Numbered from the stretch's first letter, positions 45,619-55,603 are shown. The stretch is DNA of 64,000 nucleotides from Candidatus Cloacimonadaceae bacterium (GCA_942491655.1 CALOBL010000006.1:98126-162125); one strand, 5' to 3'. Notes: generated by a model not told the origin, from the sequence alone. Translations and numbers: made by a program.

Positions 45619-46686
45619 ATGATTAATAATCTATTAGATGGCGTTAAATCTGCAGAGATCAAGATCTTAAAAGAAGTACAGAAATTAAGCGATTCCGTGA
45701 AAGACAAGAGTCTGACAATGGTAGATAGAATTGAATCTTTTGAGGACATCATCAGCATGGAAATTGGTGATACATCACTGAATAGAGCACGTAATCTGGA
45801 AAGGGAATTTGATATCCGCCAGTTATATATTAAATATGAAGGTGAAAATCCGTCTGGAACTCAAAAAGACAGGATCGCCTTTGCCCAGGTCCATGATGCT
45901 TTCCGGAGAAGTTATGATGTAATTTCACTGGCAACTTGTGGTAACTATGGTGTGGCTGTAGCTTATGCCAGCTTTCTGGCCGGGATCAAGTGTAAGATAT
46001 TTATTCCGGAAGCTTATCATACAGAGCGCATAAAGGAAATGGAAAGCTTCGATGCTGAGATCATCAGACTGCCGGGATCTTACGAGGATGCTGTGACTGA
46101 ATCCAGCCAAATTGCTCAAGCTAAAGAATATTACGATGCAAATCCGGGAGGGCTGAACACCTCATTACAAATTTCAGCCTATGCCCAGATAGCAAATGAG
46201 ATATACGATCAATTACGGGATGCTCCTAAATATATTGCTGCCCCGGTTTCGAACGGAACATTGCTGGCAGGTGTTTTCCGCGGTTTTGTAAGTCTTAACA
46301 AACGGGGAAAGACCTCCAGGATACCTATTTTCGTTGCCGGTTCAGCAGCATTTAAGAATCCCATCATCACCTCTTTTAAAGCCGGATTAGATTATTGCCG
46401 GGATATTGATCCGAAAAAAGTAAAGGAGACGGCAATAAATGAACCCCTTATCAACTGGCACAGTTTTGATGGTGATGAAGCCTTATATGCAATTAGACAA
46501 TCGAACGGAGATGCAAGACATATAAGTGATAAAAAAATGCGTGAAATGAGTAGTTTCATTCACAAGAAAGAAGGATACAGAATTCTGCCTGCCTCTACTT
46601 CGGGACTTATAGCCCTGCTTGAAATGCATGAGCAGATGAATTTTGTTAATGACAGATATGTGGCAATTTTAACAGGAAGATATTAA
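45619..46686 (+). CDS. PLP-dependent enzyme of the tryptophan-synthase-beta/threonine-synthase-like (PALP) family
   Basis: 355 aa. PLP-lysine context ENPSGTQKDRIAF and a glycine-rich loop. The start codon is uncertain, because internal Met codons at MVDRIE and MEIGD are possible. Confidence 0.7.
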   Translation: MINNLLDGVKSAEIKILKEVQKLSDSVKDKSLTMVDRIESFEDIISMEIGDTSLNRARNLEREFDIRQLYIKYEGENPSGTQKDRIAFAQVHDAFRRSYDVISLATCGNYGVAVAYASFLAGIKCKIFIPEAYHTERIKEMESFDAEIIRLPGSYEDAVTESSQIAQAKEYYDANPGGLNTSLQISAYAQIANEIYDQLRDAPKYIAAPVSNGTLLAGVFRGFVSLNKRGKTSRIPIFVAGSAAFKNPIITSFKAGLDYCRDIDPKKVKETAINEPLINWHSFDGDEALYAIRQSNGDARHISDKKMREMSSFIHKKEGYRILPASTSGLIALLEMHEQMNFVNDRYVAILTGRY

Positions 46687-46688
46687 TT

Positions 46689-47756
46689 ATGAAAAAAACG
46701 ATTGATGGAAATGCCCTGGTCTTTGCAGATGGGGCATTTAACACCCCGAACGGGAAAACAGCTCACGGGCTGGTAAGATTTACGGAAAGATATAATATTG
46801 TTGGTGTGATCGATCACAATTATGCCGGGCAAGATGCCGGAATTGTTCTGGATAACAGGTATTCAGGTATCCCGATTTTTAATGATCTAACGGAAGCATT
46901 TCAGAAGCTGGCTCCGGAAAATAAACCTGCCACGCTGGTTATCGGTTTGGCTCCGGATGGCGGAAGACTTCCTGCCCAGGCGAGAAAGAGTATAAAAGCT
47001 GCCCTGGAAAGGGGCCTTAACGTTGATAACGGGTTACATGATTTCCTTTCTAAAGATGAAGAACTAATGGCTATCGCGGCAAAGAATAACTGCCGGGTGC
47101 GAGATATCAGAAAAACACCTGATCGGGATGAACTGCATTTCTTTACCGGTAAGATCGAAAAGGTTGATTGTCTTAAAATTGCAGTTCTTGGAACTGATTC
47201 CGCTATCGGTAAAAGAACCACTGCCTGGATTATTGTTCAGGCTTTTAGAAAAGCCGGATTGAAAGCTGAGATGGTCGGAACAGGGCAGACAGCTTGGACC
47301 CAGGGTGCAAAATATTCAATGATCATGGATAGCTGCATAAACGACTTTGTTTCGGGAGAAATTGAACATGCAGTTTATGAAGCCTGGAAAAATGAGTCTC
47401 CAGATATAATTATTATTGAAGGACAGGGAAGCCTGATGAACCCAGCCTATCCGGGAGGCTTTGAGATTCTGGCCGCCGGGAGACCGGATTATGTGATTAT
47501 TCAACATGCACCCAGAAGGAAAGAATACGATGGATTCCCGGGATATAGACTGCATTCACTTCCTGAACAGATCAATGCTATTGAAACTATTTCAGGAAGA
47601 AAAGTAATTGCCGTTACCGTTAATCATGAATTGATGAAGCAGGAAGAGATATTAAGTGAGTGTAAAAAAATTACCGAAGAAACAGGTCTGCCTGCTTATG
47701 ATGTACTTGAATACGGTTCCGAGCAACTGGTTGAATTGTTAAGGTCATATTTATAA
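46689..47756 (+). CDS. DUF1611-family protein (DgcN-like putative N-acetyltransferase)
   Basis: 355 aa. NGKTAHGLVRFTERY and the P-loop-like GTDSAIGKRTTA are typical of DUF1611. Only a 2-nt gap to the upstream gene, and the stop overlaps the epimerase start. Confidence 0.7.
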   Translation: MKKTIDGNALVFADGAFNTPNGKTAHGLVRFTERYNIVGVIDHNYAGQDAGIVLDNRYSGIPIFNDLTEAFQKLAPENKPATLVIGLAPDGGRLPAQARKSIKAALERGLNVDNGLHDFLSKDEELMAIAAKNNCRVRDIRKTPDRDELHFFTGKIEKVDCLKIAVLGTDSAIGKRTTAWIIVQAFRKAGLKAEMVGTGQTAWTQGAKYSMIMDSCINDFVSGEIEHAVYEAWKNESPDIIIIEGQGSLMNPAYPGGFEILAAGRPDYVIIQHAPRRKEYDGFPGYRLHSLPEQINAIETISGRKVIAVTVNHELMKQEEILSECKKITEETGLPAYDVLEYGSEQLVELLRSYL

Positions 47757-48820
47757 TGAAGATCACTGCAATTGAGTATTTCAGGCTTGATATGCCATTA
47801 AAATTTCCTTACACTATAGCCTACGAGGAAGTTAAGAAAACAACAAACATTATTTTAAAACTGATAACAGATAATGGCTTAACAGGATGGGGCTGTGCGG
47901 CACCCGACCTGGAAGTAACCGGTGAAACTCCGGAAAATGTTATCAATAACATTGAAACCGTAGTTACTGAACTGCTGAAAAACCAATATCCTTTTCAAAT
48001 AGAAAAAATACAAAGTATACTGAAAAGCCGTTTACCGGGTGCTCCCTCAACAAAAGCTATGGTAGATATAGCATTATACGATCTGTTGGCCAGAAAAGCA
48101 AAACTTCCGCTTTATCAGCTGCTGGGAGGATACCGGCATTCAATTGCGACGAGTATTACTATTGGAATTCTACCCCTGGAAGAAACTCTGGAGCAGGCTG
48201 AGAAATTCATTAAAGATGGTTTTTCAATCCTCAAACTTAAGGGTGGGCATAGTACGGCTGAAGATATAGAAAAAGTCATGAAGCTTCGGGAAAAACTAGG
48301 AAACGATTTTGCCCTGAGGTTTGACGCTAATCAAGGCTATTCTTTAGCAGAGTCACTACATTTCATTAATGAAACCGAAAAAGCAAATATTGAGATATTT
48401 GAGCAGCCCACCTGCCGGAAGAAAGATGAAAGAATGGGAGAGGTAACTCAGAATATAGATATTCCCGTAATGGCAGATGAAAGCATTAAAACACTTAAAG
48501 ATGCGTTCAGGCTGGCGAGTAACGACAGAATAGATATGGTAAACATTAAGCTTATGAAAATGGGCGGTATTCTTGAATCTCAACATATTAATTCCGTAGC
48601 TAAAGCAGCAGGAATGGAAGTGATGGTCGGTTGCCTGGACGAGTGTTCCCTGGGTATATCGGCAGGATTGCATTTTGCCCTTAGTCGCCCCAATATTGAA
48701 TTTGCAGACCTGGATGGTCATTTGGACTTGATGAATGATCCCTTTACTGAGCTGTTTCATCTTAAGAAAGGTATTCTCTATCCTTCTGATTCTAACGGGC
48801 TTGGTAATGTAAGACTTTAA
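47756..48820 (+). CDS. Enolase-superfamily dipeptide epimerase (L-Ala-D/L-Glu epimerase / DgcA-like)
   Basis: 354 aa. MR/MLE catalytic pattern: KxK (ILKLKGG), RFDANQGY, FEQP, MADES, NIKLMKMGG, ADLDG. Confidence 0.85.
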   Translation: MKITAIEYFRLDMPLKFPYTIAYEEVKKTTNIILKLITDNGLTGWGCAAPDLEVTGETPENVINNIETVVTELLKNQYPFQIEKIQSILKSRLPGAPSTKAMVDIALYDLLARKAKLPLYQLLGGYRHSIATSITIGILPLEETLEQAEKFIKDGFSILKLKGGHSTAEDIEKVMKLREKLGNDFALRFDANQGYSLAESLHFINETEKANIEIFEQPTCRKKDERMGEVTQNIDIPVMADESIKTLKDAFRLASNDRIDMVNIKLMKMGGILESQHINSVAKAAGMEVMVGCLDECSLGISAGLHFALSRPNIEFADLDGHLDLMNDPFTELFHLKKGILYPSDSNGLGNVRL

Positions 48821-48879
48821 ATCATAGATTTTAAAAGTTAAGATGAGATTACTGAAATTATTCTGGTCCCGGGAAAAAC

Positions 48880-49299
48880 ATGATAATTCGCCCCTATAAT
48901 TCTAAGGATGAAGGGAAAGTTTTAAGCCTCTGGCAACGCAGCGGTCTGCTTGTTCCCTGGAACGATCCACGTAAAGACATCCAACGCAAGCTGCAGGTCA
49001 ACCCGGAGTGGTTCCTGATAGGAGAACTGGAAGGAAAGCTCATGGCCACCTGCATGGCTGGCTACGATGGTCATCGCGGCTGGATCTACTATCTGATGGT
49101 GGATCCCGATCTGCAGGGTAGAGGCTACGGCAGGCAGATCATGCAGAAAGCAGAAGAACTTTTGCTGGAAGCAGGCTGTCCAAAAATAAATCTGCAGATT
49201 AGAACCAACAATGTTGATGTTCTCAAATTCTATCACAGCATCGGTTACGAGATAGATGAAGTTATAAGTATGGGAAAAAGATTGAGGGAAGATAAGTGA
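48880..49299 (+). CDS. ypeA: GNAT acetyltransferase, YpeA-like
   Basis: 139 aa. LWQRSGLLVPWNDPRKDIQRK...GYDGHRGWIYYLMVDPDLQGRGYG...GCPKINLQI...GYEIDEVISMGKRLRED aligns closely by eye with E. coli YpeA. Confidence 0.75.
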   Translation: MIIRPYNSKDEGKVLSLWQRSGLLVPWNDPRKDIQRKLQVNPEWFLIGELEGKLMATCMAGYDGHRGWIYYLMVDPDLQGRGYGRQIMQKAEELLLEAGCPKINLQIRTNNVDVLKFYHSIGYEIDEVISMGKRLREDK

Positions 49300-49946
49300 A
49301 AAATTATCACATTACAAACCATGACAGATTTGCTGAGAATTACGATACCCAGGTTAAGGAATACAACAGCTACGGTCACGATGTGCTGTTTGGAATGAGT
49401 TTTGAATATGTTAAGGCCGGTGATTCTCTGCTGGACCTGGGGATCGGAACAGGTTTAAGTTCAGTCCATTTTGCCAAAATCAATCTGGAGGTTACTGGAA
49501 TTGATGGCTCGGAGAAAATGCTGGAACAGTGTCAGGATAAGGATTTTGCCAGAGAACTAATAAAACATGATCTTACAGAATTACCCTTTCCCTGGGCAGA
49601 CGGATCCTTTAATCATGTTATCTGTTGTGGAGTATTCCATTTTTTTGGCGAGCTTAATTCTCTTTTCAAGGAAGTTGACCGCCTTATGAAACCTGACGGA
49701 ATATTTGCCTTTACCATTGCGGGATTAACAAAATCTGAAGCAGGCTCAGGCAAGTATAATGATATCGATTTTCTGGAAACACCCACAGCCTGGGGCGTAC
49801 CTATTTACCGTCACACCAATCAGTATATCAGAAAATTGGCATCATTATTTGGTTATGATATCCTGAAAGAACAGAAAGTGCTGAGTGACAGTGGAGACCC
49901 ACAGGCAGATGATCTTCTTTTTAAAGTAATTGTATGCAGGAAATGA
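49296..49946 (+). CDS. Class I SAM-dependent methyltransferase
   Basis: 216 aa. Motif I LLDLGIGTGLSS and post-I ITGIDGSEKML. The start overlaps the GNAT stop. Confidence 0.7.
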   Translation: MKNYHITNHDRFAENYDTQVKEYNSYGHDVLFGMSFEYVKAGDSLLDLGIGTGLSSVHFAKINLEVTGIDGSEKMLEQCQDKDFARELIKHDLTELPFPWADGSFNHVICCGVFHFFGELNSLFKEVDRLMKPDGIFAFTIAGLTKSEAGSGKYNDIDFLETPTAWGVPIYRHTNQYIRKLASLFGYDILKEQKVLSDSGDPQADDLLFKVIVCRK

Positions 49947-50518
49947 AAATCGAAGTAGTTGATTACAATCGCGTCTGGGCTAATGAGTTCCTGCAGATTA
50001 AGGAAGTTCTTCTTAGCAGAATCACTTTTCCATTAAAAGGAATAGAACATGTTGGCAGCACTTCCGTACCGGGTCTGGCCGCTAAGCCGATTCTTGATAT
50101 AGACATAATCATTGCAGATGATACTACCCTGCAGCAACGGGTGATAAATGAACTGGCCGAACTTGGCTACATCTATGTCGGAGACCTGGGTATTTCCGGT
50201 CGGGAAGCATTTAAAAGGAAGGATGAAGAAGTACCATATTCAGCCGGCAAGAGAACCTGGATGAAGCACAATCTTTACCTTTGCCGCGAAGGTTCTCTTG
50301 GTTTGCGTAACCATCTGGCTTTCCGGGACTTCCTGCGGAAAAATCCGGACAAGTGCCAGTCTTATGGCGAAATTAAGAAAAAACTGGCCGTCAGCTTCCC
50401 TGAGGATATAGATTCCTATATAGATGGCAAAACGGATTTTATTGTGAGTATTCTAAAGCAGAACGGCTTTGCAGAACAGGACAGGAAAAAGATCTCAACA
50501 GAAAATAAACTGAAATGA
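49934..50518 (+). CDS. GrpB (UPF0157) family protein
   Basis: 194 aa. IEVVDYNRVWANEF...IEHVGSTSVPGLAAKPILDIDIII is the GrpB signature. Confidence 0.65.
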   Translation: MQEMKIEVVDYNRVWANEFLQIKEVLLSRITFPLKGIEHVGSTSVPGLAAKPILDIDIIIADDTTLQQRVINELAELGYIYVGDLGISGREAFKRKDEEVPYSAGKRTWMKHNLYLCREGSLGLRNHLAFRDFLRKNPDKCQSYGEIKKKLAVSFPEDIDSYIDGKTDFIVSILKQNGFAEQDRKKISTENKLK

Positions 50519-50543
50519 ATTAAAATAGGGAGAAAATAAATTT

Positions 50544-50960
50544 ATGGATCGGATCCAGAGTAAAATCACCAGATATTTTGTGAACGGAGATTACAACTGC
50601 GCGGCTTCAACTTTGCTGATACTGTCTGAAGAATTTGATCTGCCCCTTTCCCCCCAGGTAATTGATGCTGCAACCGGTATGAACGGTGCCGGTAAATTCC
50701 AGGCTCAATGCGGCCTGGTGGAAGGAACTTTGATGTTCCTGGGTATACTGGGCAAAAACAAAGAATTGACTACAGATGAGATTGTGAAGAGCTGCTATAA
50801 TTATAGCATTGAGTTTACCGGAAAATTCGGCAGCATAACCTGTAAAGAGCTGCGTCCGGAAGGTTTTAAACCGGGGAATCCACCCAATTTGTGCGAAAAA
50901 CTGGCAGTAAAAACAGTAAATTTCGGGATTGATTTTATTAGAAAACACCATTTTGTATAA
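50544..50960 (+). CDS. C_GCAxxG_C_C family protein
   Basis: 138 aa. Spaced Cys pattern DYNCAAST...QCGLVEG...ITCKEL...NLCEKL resembles the C-GCAxxG-C-C family. Confidence 0.55.
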   Translation: MDRIQSKITRYFVNGDYNCAASTLLILSEEFDLPLSPQVIDAATGMNGAGKFQAQCGLVEGTLMFLGILGKNKELTTDEIVKSCYNYSIEFTGKFGSITCKELRPEGFKPGNPPNLCEKLAVKTVNFGIDFIRKHHFV

Positions 50961-50991
50961 TGTAACAAGGGAGTTTCATGCGGAGATTTAA

Positions 50992-51429
50992 ATGAAAATA
51001 GAATTGAAACCGATCGGGGTCATTCACTCACCATGGAAATCCAGCCAGGAAGCCCCTCCTCAGTCTAATGAAATTACAGGAGTTAAAGCAGAGATCGAAA
51101 TATTTGAGTCATATGCACCAGGCCTGAAGGACTTGGAAGGTTTCACACACATAATTCTCATATATTATCTGCATCAGAACAGCTCTTATAAAATGCAGAT
51201 CTTTCCCCGTGATCATGATCAATTGCGCGGCCTTTTCGCTACCCGTTCCCCGCACCGCCCCAATCCGATCGGGATGTCAATTGTCAGATTACTAAAAATA
51301 GAAAACAACATACTTCATATCAGCAATATAGACGCCGTTGACGGTACTCCTCTGCTGGATATTAAGCCCTATATCCCTGATCTGGATTTTCGAAAGGAAG
51401 TTAAAACCGGCTGGAGCAGGGAAAGATGA
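50992..51429 (+). CDS. trmO: TsaA/YaeB-like tRNA methyltransferase (TrmO family)
   Basis: 145 aa. GVIHSPW...APPQ..., FATRSPHRPNPIGMSIVRL, VDGTPLLDIKPYIP. Confidence 0.8.
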   Translation: MKIELKPIGVIHSPWKSSQEAPPQSNEITGVKAEIEIFESYAPGLKDLEGFTHIILIYYLHQNSSYKMQIFPRDHDQLRGLFATRSPHRPNPIGMSIVRLLKIENNILHISNIDAVDGTPLLDIKPYIPDLDFRKEVKTGWSRER

Positions 51430-51460
51430 AGCATCTTAGTATCGATATTACGGACTATGA

Positions 51461-51541
51461 CAATCGAGAAAGGAAATACAGGACTTGATTCGCAGCGAGT
51501 GTTTGCCCCAAATGGGCAAAATGCGAGCGTGAATCGAGGAT
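51461..51541 (+). repeat. Repeat family A, copy 2
   Basis: caatcgagaaaggaaatacaggacttgattcgcagcgagtgtttgccccaaatgggcaaaatgcgagcgtgaatcgagga. The core is roughly 85% identical to copy 1. Confidence 0.75.
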
Positions 51542-51576
51542 AAAACAGATATCTATCCCGCCTACTCTATTCACTC

Positions 51577-51622
51577 CTTCCGAAGTCCTGCCGTGGTGAA
51601 TACCATGGTTCTACTTCGGAAG
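51577..51622 (+). repeat. Repeat family C hairpin, copy 2
   Basis: cttccgaagt-cctgccgtggtgaataccatggttct-acttcggaag. A 10-bp perfect outer stem. Two stem positions differ from copy 1 on both arms in a compensatory way. Confidence 0.75.
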
Positions 51623-51901
51623 TCCAACAATGAATCAATATCTGTGGAACCGTTTCAAAGCAGAAGCTTCGTAACGAGGGCAATTAAAGAAGCTGATTTA
51701 AAAGGTTCGTTACCGGTTCGTAAAAGTTCGTTGCTAAAAAGTAAAAAACCGATGGATGTATGTAATGACAGCGTAAATCCGAGTTAATTCTATTCAGAAA
51801 ATCCCTTAAATTCCTGATGATTATGCTTCAGAAAAACTAAATATTCTTATTGACTGAAAACAACTTTAGAAAAAAGTTATTGTGTTTTTAGGGGAGGTTC
51901 A

Positions 51902-53452
51902 ATGTCTATCAGGAACAAAATTGCTGAACTTAGAGAAAACCGCGAAAAAGCACTTCAAGGCGGTGGTGAAAAAAGGATCGAAGCCCAGCATAAAAAAGGT
52001 AAACTCACCGCCAGAGAACGAATAGAATTATTGATCGATAAAGACAGCTTTGAAGAATTCGACATGTTTGTAAAACACCAGTGTAAAGATTTCGGCATGG
52101 AAAAACTCAGTTTTCCGGGGGATGGTGTGGTAACCGGTTGCGGGACGATTGACGGCAGGATGGTCTATCTCTACGCTCAGGATTTCACAGTGATCGGCGG
52201 CTCCTTGTCGAAAACACATGCTGCTAAAATCTGCAAAGTAATGGAAATGTCTGTTAAAATGGGTGCTCCCTGTATTGGACTGAACGATTCCGGTGGAGCC
52301 AGAGTACAGGAAGGTGTTGATGCACTGGCCGGCTATGCCGATATTTTCCTGCGCAATGTAATGGCTTCGGGAGTTGTTCCTCAGATCTCTGCCATTATGG
52401 GACCCTGCGCCGGAGGAGCTGTTTATTCTCCAGCAATCACGGATTTTGTGATCATGAACCAGGAAACCAGCTACATGTTCGTTACCGGCCCCAAGGTTGT
52501 GAAGACAGTTTTGAATGAAACCATTTCCACCGAAGATCTGGGCGGAGCACTTATCCACGCCTCAAAAAGCGGTGTCGCTCATTTTCTTACTACTAACGAA
52601 GAAGAGACCATTCTACTAATTCGTAACCTGGTAAGCTATTTACCTTCCAATAATCTGGAACAACCTCCTTATCGTCCCACAAAAGATACGATCGACCGCA
52701 GATGTGAAGAACTCAATGACCTGATTCCCGATAACGCTAATAAACCATATGATATCCTGGATGTTATCTCCAGTATTGTTGATGATGGGGAATTTCTGGA
52801 AGTTGCCAGGAATTTCGCGCAGAATATAGTTGTTGGCTTCGCCAGGATGCACGGACAGAGCATCGGGATAGTGGCCAATCAACCTAAGTTTATGGCCGGT
52901 GTGCTGGATATAAATGCTTCGATTAAAGCAGCCCGATTTGTTCGTTTCTGTGATGCCTTCAACATACCGCTGGTTGTATTGGAAGATGTACCTGGCTTCA
53001 TGCCTGGCTCCAACCAGGAACACAACGGAATTATCAGGAATGGAGCTAAACTGCTCTACGCTTTCGCTGAAGCAACCGTTCCCAAAATAACCGTTATTCT
53101 GCGAAAAGCTTACGGCGGAGCTTATTGTGTAATGAACAGCCGTCACATGAGAGCCGATATCGTTTACGGCTGGCCTACAGCTGAAATTGCTGTTATGGGA
53201 CCCAAGGGAGCAGTAGAGATAGTCTTCTATAAAGATACAAAAAATGCCGAGGATCCAGAACAACTTCTGCAGGAAAAAGAACAGGAATACCGGGATAAAT
53301 TTGCCAATCCTTACCGGGCTGCTGAAAAAGGCTATATAGACGATATTATTGAACCGGCTGCCACCAGGTTCAGGATAATTCGATCCCTGGAAATGCTGGC
53401 TACCAAAAAAGATTCCAACCCGCCTAAAAAACACGGAAATATTCCTCTTTAA
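51902..53452 (+). CDS. mmdA: Methylmalonyl-CoA decarboxylase alpha subunit (acyl-CoA carboxyltransferase, PccB/12S type), intact
   Basis: 516 aa with full-length carboxyltransferase similarity ([56 protein letters not shown]). RBS aGGGGAGG. Confidence 0.9.
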   Translation: MSIRNKIAELRENREKALQGGGEKRIEAQHKKGKLTARERIELLIDKDSFEEFDMFVKHQCKDFGMEKLSFPGDGVVTGCGTIDGRMVYLYAQDFTVIGGSLSKTHAAKICKVMEMSVKMGAPCIGLNDSGGARVQEGVDALAGYADIFLRNVMASGVVPQISAIMGPCAGGAVYSPAITDFVIMNQETSYMFVTGPKVVKTVLNETISTEDLGGALIHASKSGVAHFLTTNEEETILLIRNLVSYLPSNNLEQPPYRPTKDTIDRRCEELNDLIPDNANKPYDILDVISSIVDDGEFLEVARNFAQNIVVGFARMHGQSIGIVANQPKFMAGVLDINASIKAARFVRFCDAFNIPLVVLEDVPGFMPGSNQEHNGIIRNGAKLLYAFAEATVPKITVILRKAYGGAYCVMNSRHMRADIVYGWPTAEIAVMGPKGAVEIVFYKDTKNAEDPEQLLQEKEQEYRDKFANPYRAAEKGYIDDIIEPAATRFRIIRSLEMLATKKDSNPPKKHGNIPL

Positions 53453-53462
53453 GGGTGGTGGC

Positions 53463-54059
53463 ATGAGAAAATTTATTTTTCTTATACTGATCTTTCTTCC
53501 CTTACTGCTTTCAGCTGAAAATAATGAGGTGGATAAACTGGACTCAGTTTTTCCTCAGATCAGTCTGGCCGAAACCGCCTTCCAATTAGAGATCCCCGTA
53601 AAACAATTGAAGATCTATCTGCAGCTTGATCCAGCTACCGATTCTGCCCTTACTCTGGAAGAATTACACATCAGTAAAAAAGCTGTCAGTAAGGCCCTGT
53701 CAGAATACAATGGATCAAAACACTCTTTTTATTTTGGCATAATCGTTGTTGGAATGCTCATAGTTTTTGCCAGCCTTATCATTGTAGGGCTTATCATAAA
53801 TCGAATGCAGAGCCTGAAACACCTCGACAGAAAGCCTGGATCTGCAGACAAAAAAACTAACGTTACTGCTATAAATGGGGAAAAACCCAGTCAGAACGAT
53901 ATCATCGCTGCCATTACAACCGTTTATCTGCATGAACTGGAAGCAGAAGAACAAAGCAGACTCCTGCTTACATGGAAACGTGCTTCACTAAGTTTATGGA
54001 GTGCATCAGGAAAATTCAATATGCCCAACCGGGTCTTCTTTAAAGAATTGAGGAGATAA
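53463..54059 (+). CDS. OadG-like membrane subunit of the Na+-decarboxylase (delta/gamma-type), extended N-terminus
   Basis: 198 aa. Signal/anchor, then the TM helix FGIIVVGMLIVFASLIIVGLII, then IIAAITTVYLHELEAEE...LTWKRASLSLWSASGKF. This resembles the OadG-family tails I recall from Bacteroidota-type operons. Operon position also supports the call. Confidence 0.55.
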   Translation: MRKFIFLILIFLPLLLSAENNEVDKLDSVFPQISLAETAFQLEIPVKQLKIYLQLDPATDSALTLEELHISKKAVSKALSEYNGSKHSFYFGIIVVGMLIVFASLIIVGLIINRMQSLKHLDRKPGSADKKTNVTAINGEKPSQNDIIAAITTVYLHELEAEEQSRLLLTWKRASLSLWSASGKFNMPNRVFFKELRR

Positions 54060-54060
54060 C

Positions 54061-54486
54061 ATGAAAACTTATAAATTTATTATCAACGATCAAAAATACA
54101 AGACCAGGATCCTGGAATATAAAGGGGACAACATCAGAGTAGAGGTCAATGGCATTGAATATAAAGTTGAAGTGGAGTCGGAAAGCACATCTGCAATGCC
54201 CAGACTTGTCCGGTCTGAAAAGCCCCAAGCTAATCTGTCTAACTCTATAAAGATCGATCACAATTCCGGAGCAAATGGAATTAAGGCACCTATCCCCGGG
54301 CTTGTTCATACTCTGCTGGTGAAGGAAGGAGATAAGATAGAAAAAGGGCAACCCCTGCTGATCCTGGAAGCAATGAAAATGGAATCCGAGATCTCTGCAA
54401 ATTCTTCCGGAACGGTCAGCAAGATCCTGGTTAAAGAAGGTGATACAATTCAGGAAGGACAGATCCTGATCGAGATCGGAGCATAA
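54061..54486 (+). CDS. mmdC: Biotin carboxyl carrier subunit
   Basis: 141 aa. The C-terminal biotinyl domain has LEAMKMESEI (biotinylated Lys in the AMKM motif). Confidence 0.85.
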   Translation: MKTYKFIINDQKYKTRILEYKGDNIRVEVNGIEYKVEVESESTSAMPRLVRSEKPQANLSNSIKIDHNSGANGIKAPIPGLVHTLLVKEGDKIEKGQPLLILEAMKMESEISANSSGTVSKILVKEGDTIQEGQILIEIGA

Positions 54487-54487
54487 C

Positions 54488-55603
54488 ATGAACGAAATGC
54501 TCAATTTCTTCTCTACTACAGGAATTGCCCAGCTGAACCTGTCTTATCTCGCTATGCTGCTCATCGGTTTCTTCTTTATTTATCTGGGAATTTCCAAAAA
54601 TTATGAACCCCTCCTGCTGGTTCCGATCGGATTCGGCATTGTGCTGGGTAATCTGCCGGGAACCTACGGTGTCTATTTTCAGAATTCTGTGATGAACCTG
54701 CTCTATTTCGGAGTGACCTCCGGCATCTATCCGCCTCTTATCTTTCTGGGCCTTGGTGCAATGACCGATTTTTCCACTCTTATTGCTAATCCTAAATTGA
54801 TCTTGCTGGGCGCTGCTGCCCAGTTCGGGATATTTGCAACTTTTATAGGTTCCCTGCAACTGGGGTTTAATGTTCTGGAAGCCGGAGCCATCGGGATTAT
54901 TGGTGGTGCCGATGGACCTACCTCTATCTTCCTCTCATCTCAACTGGCTCCTCACCTGGTCGGCCCCATTGCTATTGCAGCCTATTCCTATATGGCTCTC
55001 GTACCGGTGATACAACCTCCGATCATAAAACTTCTTACAACTAATAAAGAAAGACGCATCAGAATGAAAACCCCGCGCCTGGTTACCAAACGGGAAAAAA
55101 TTCTCTTCCCGATCATCGCTGCAGTTGTAACAATCCTTATCGCCCCGGGTGCCTCCGCTTTGCTGGGCATGCTCTTTTTCGGTAATCTGCTTAAAGAAAG
55201 CGGTGTCACAGAAAGACTGGCCAAATCAGCCCGTAACGCTCTTATCGATATCGTAACTATTGTGCTGGGCCTGACCGTTGGTGCCAGTACTCAGGCTGAT
55301 GTTTTCCTGCGGGTAGATTCGGTTAAAATATTCGGGTTAGGTGCTTTTTCATTCTGCATTGCCACGGCAACCGGCTTGCTTTTCGCTAAACTGATGAACC
55401 TCTTCCTGAAAGAAAAGATCAACCCCATGATCGGTGCATCAGGTGTGTCGGCTGTGCCGGACAGTGCCAGAGTTGTCCACCATGTGGGTCAACAATACGA
55501 TAAAGATAATTACCTGCTGATGCATGCCATGGCTCCCAATGTGGCCGGTGTGATCGGTTCTGCCGTAGCTGCCGGTGTACTTCTGGGAATATTGGGGAAT
55601 TAA
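54488..55603 (+). CDS. mmdB: Na+-translocating decarboxylase beta subunit (OadB/MmdB/GcdB family)
   Basis: 371 aa polytopic membrane protein. Conserved IGIIGGADGPTSIF and SGVSAVPDSARV regions. Confidence 0.9.
   Translation: MNEMLNFFSTTGIAQLNLSYLAMLLIGFFFIYLGISKNYEPLLLVPIGFGIVLGNLPGTYGVYFQNSVMNLLYFGVTSGIYPPLIFLGLGAMTDFSTLIANPKLILLGAAAQFGIFATFIGSLQLGFNVLEAGAIGIIGGADGPTSIFLSSQLAPHLVGPIAIAAYSYMALVPVIQPPIIKLLTTNKERRIRMKTPRLVTKREKILFPIIAAVVTILIAPGASALLGMLFFGNLLKESGVTERLAKSARNALIDIVTIVLGLTVGASTQADVFLRVDSVKIFGLGAFSFCIATATGLLFAKLMNLFLKEKINPMIGASGVSAVPDSARVVHHVGQQYDKDNYLLMHAMAPNVAGVIGSAVAAGVLLGILGN

Noticed and set aside
52028-53464. Long antisense ORFs inside mmdA (176 aa and 274 aa). Similar cases lie inside the RND gene (18229..18849, 206 aa), tldD (34329..35039, 236 aa) and pgi (27101..27559, 152 aa)
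   Set aside because: The opposite strand encodes full-length, strongly recognisable enzymes. The antisense translations have no motifs and are typical shadow ORFs.
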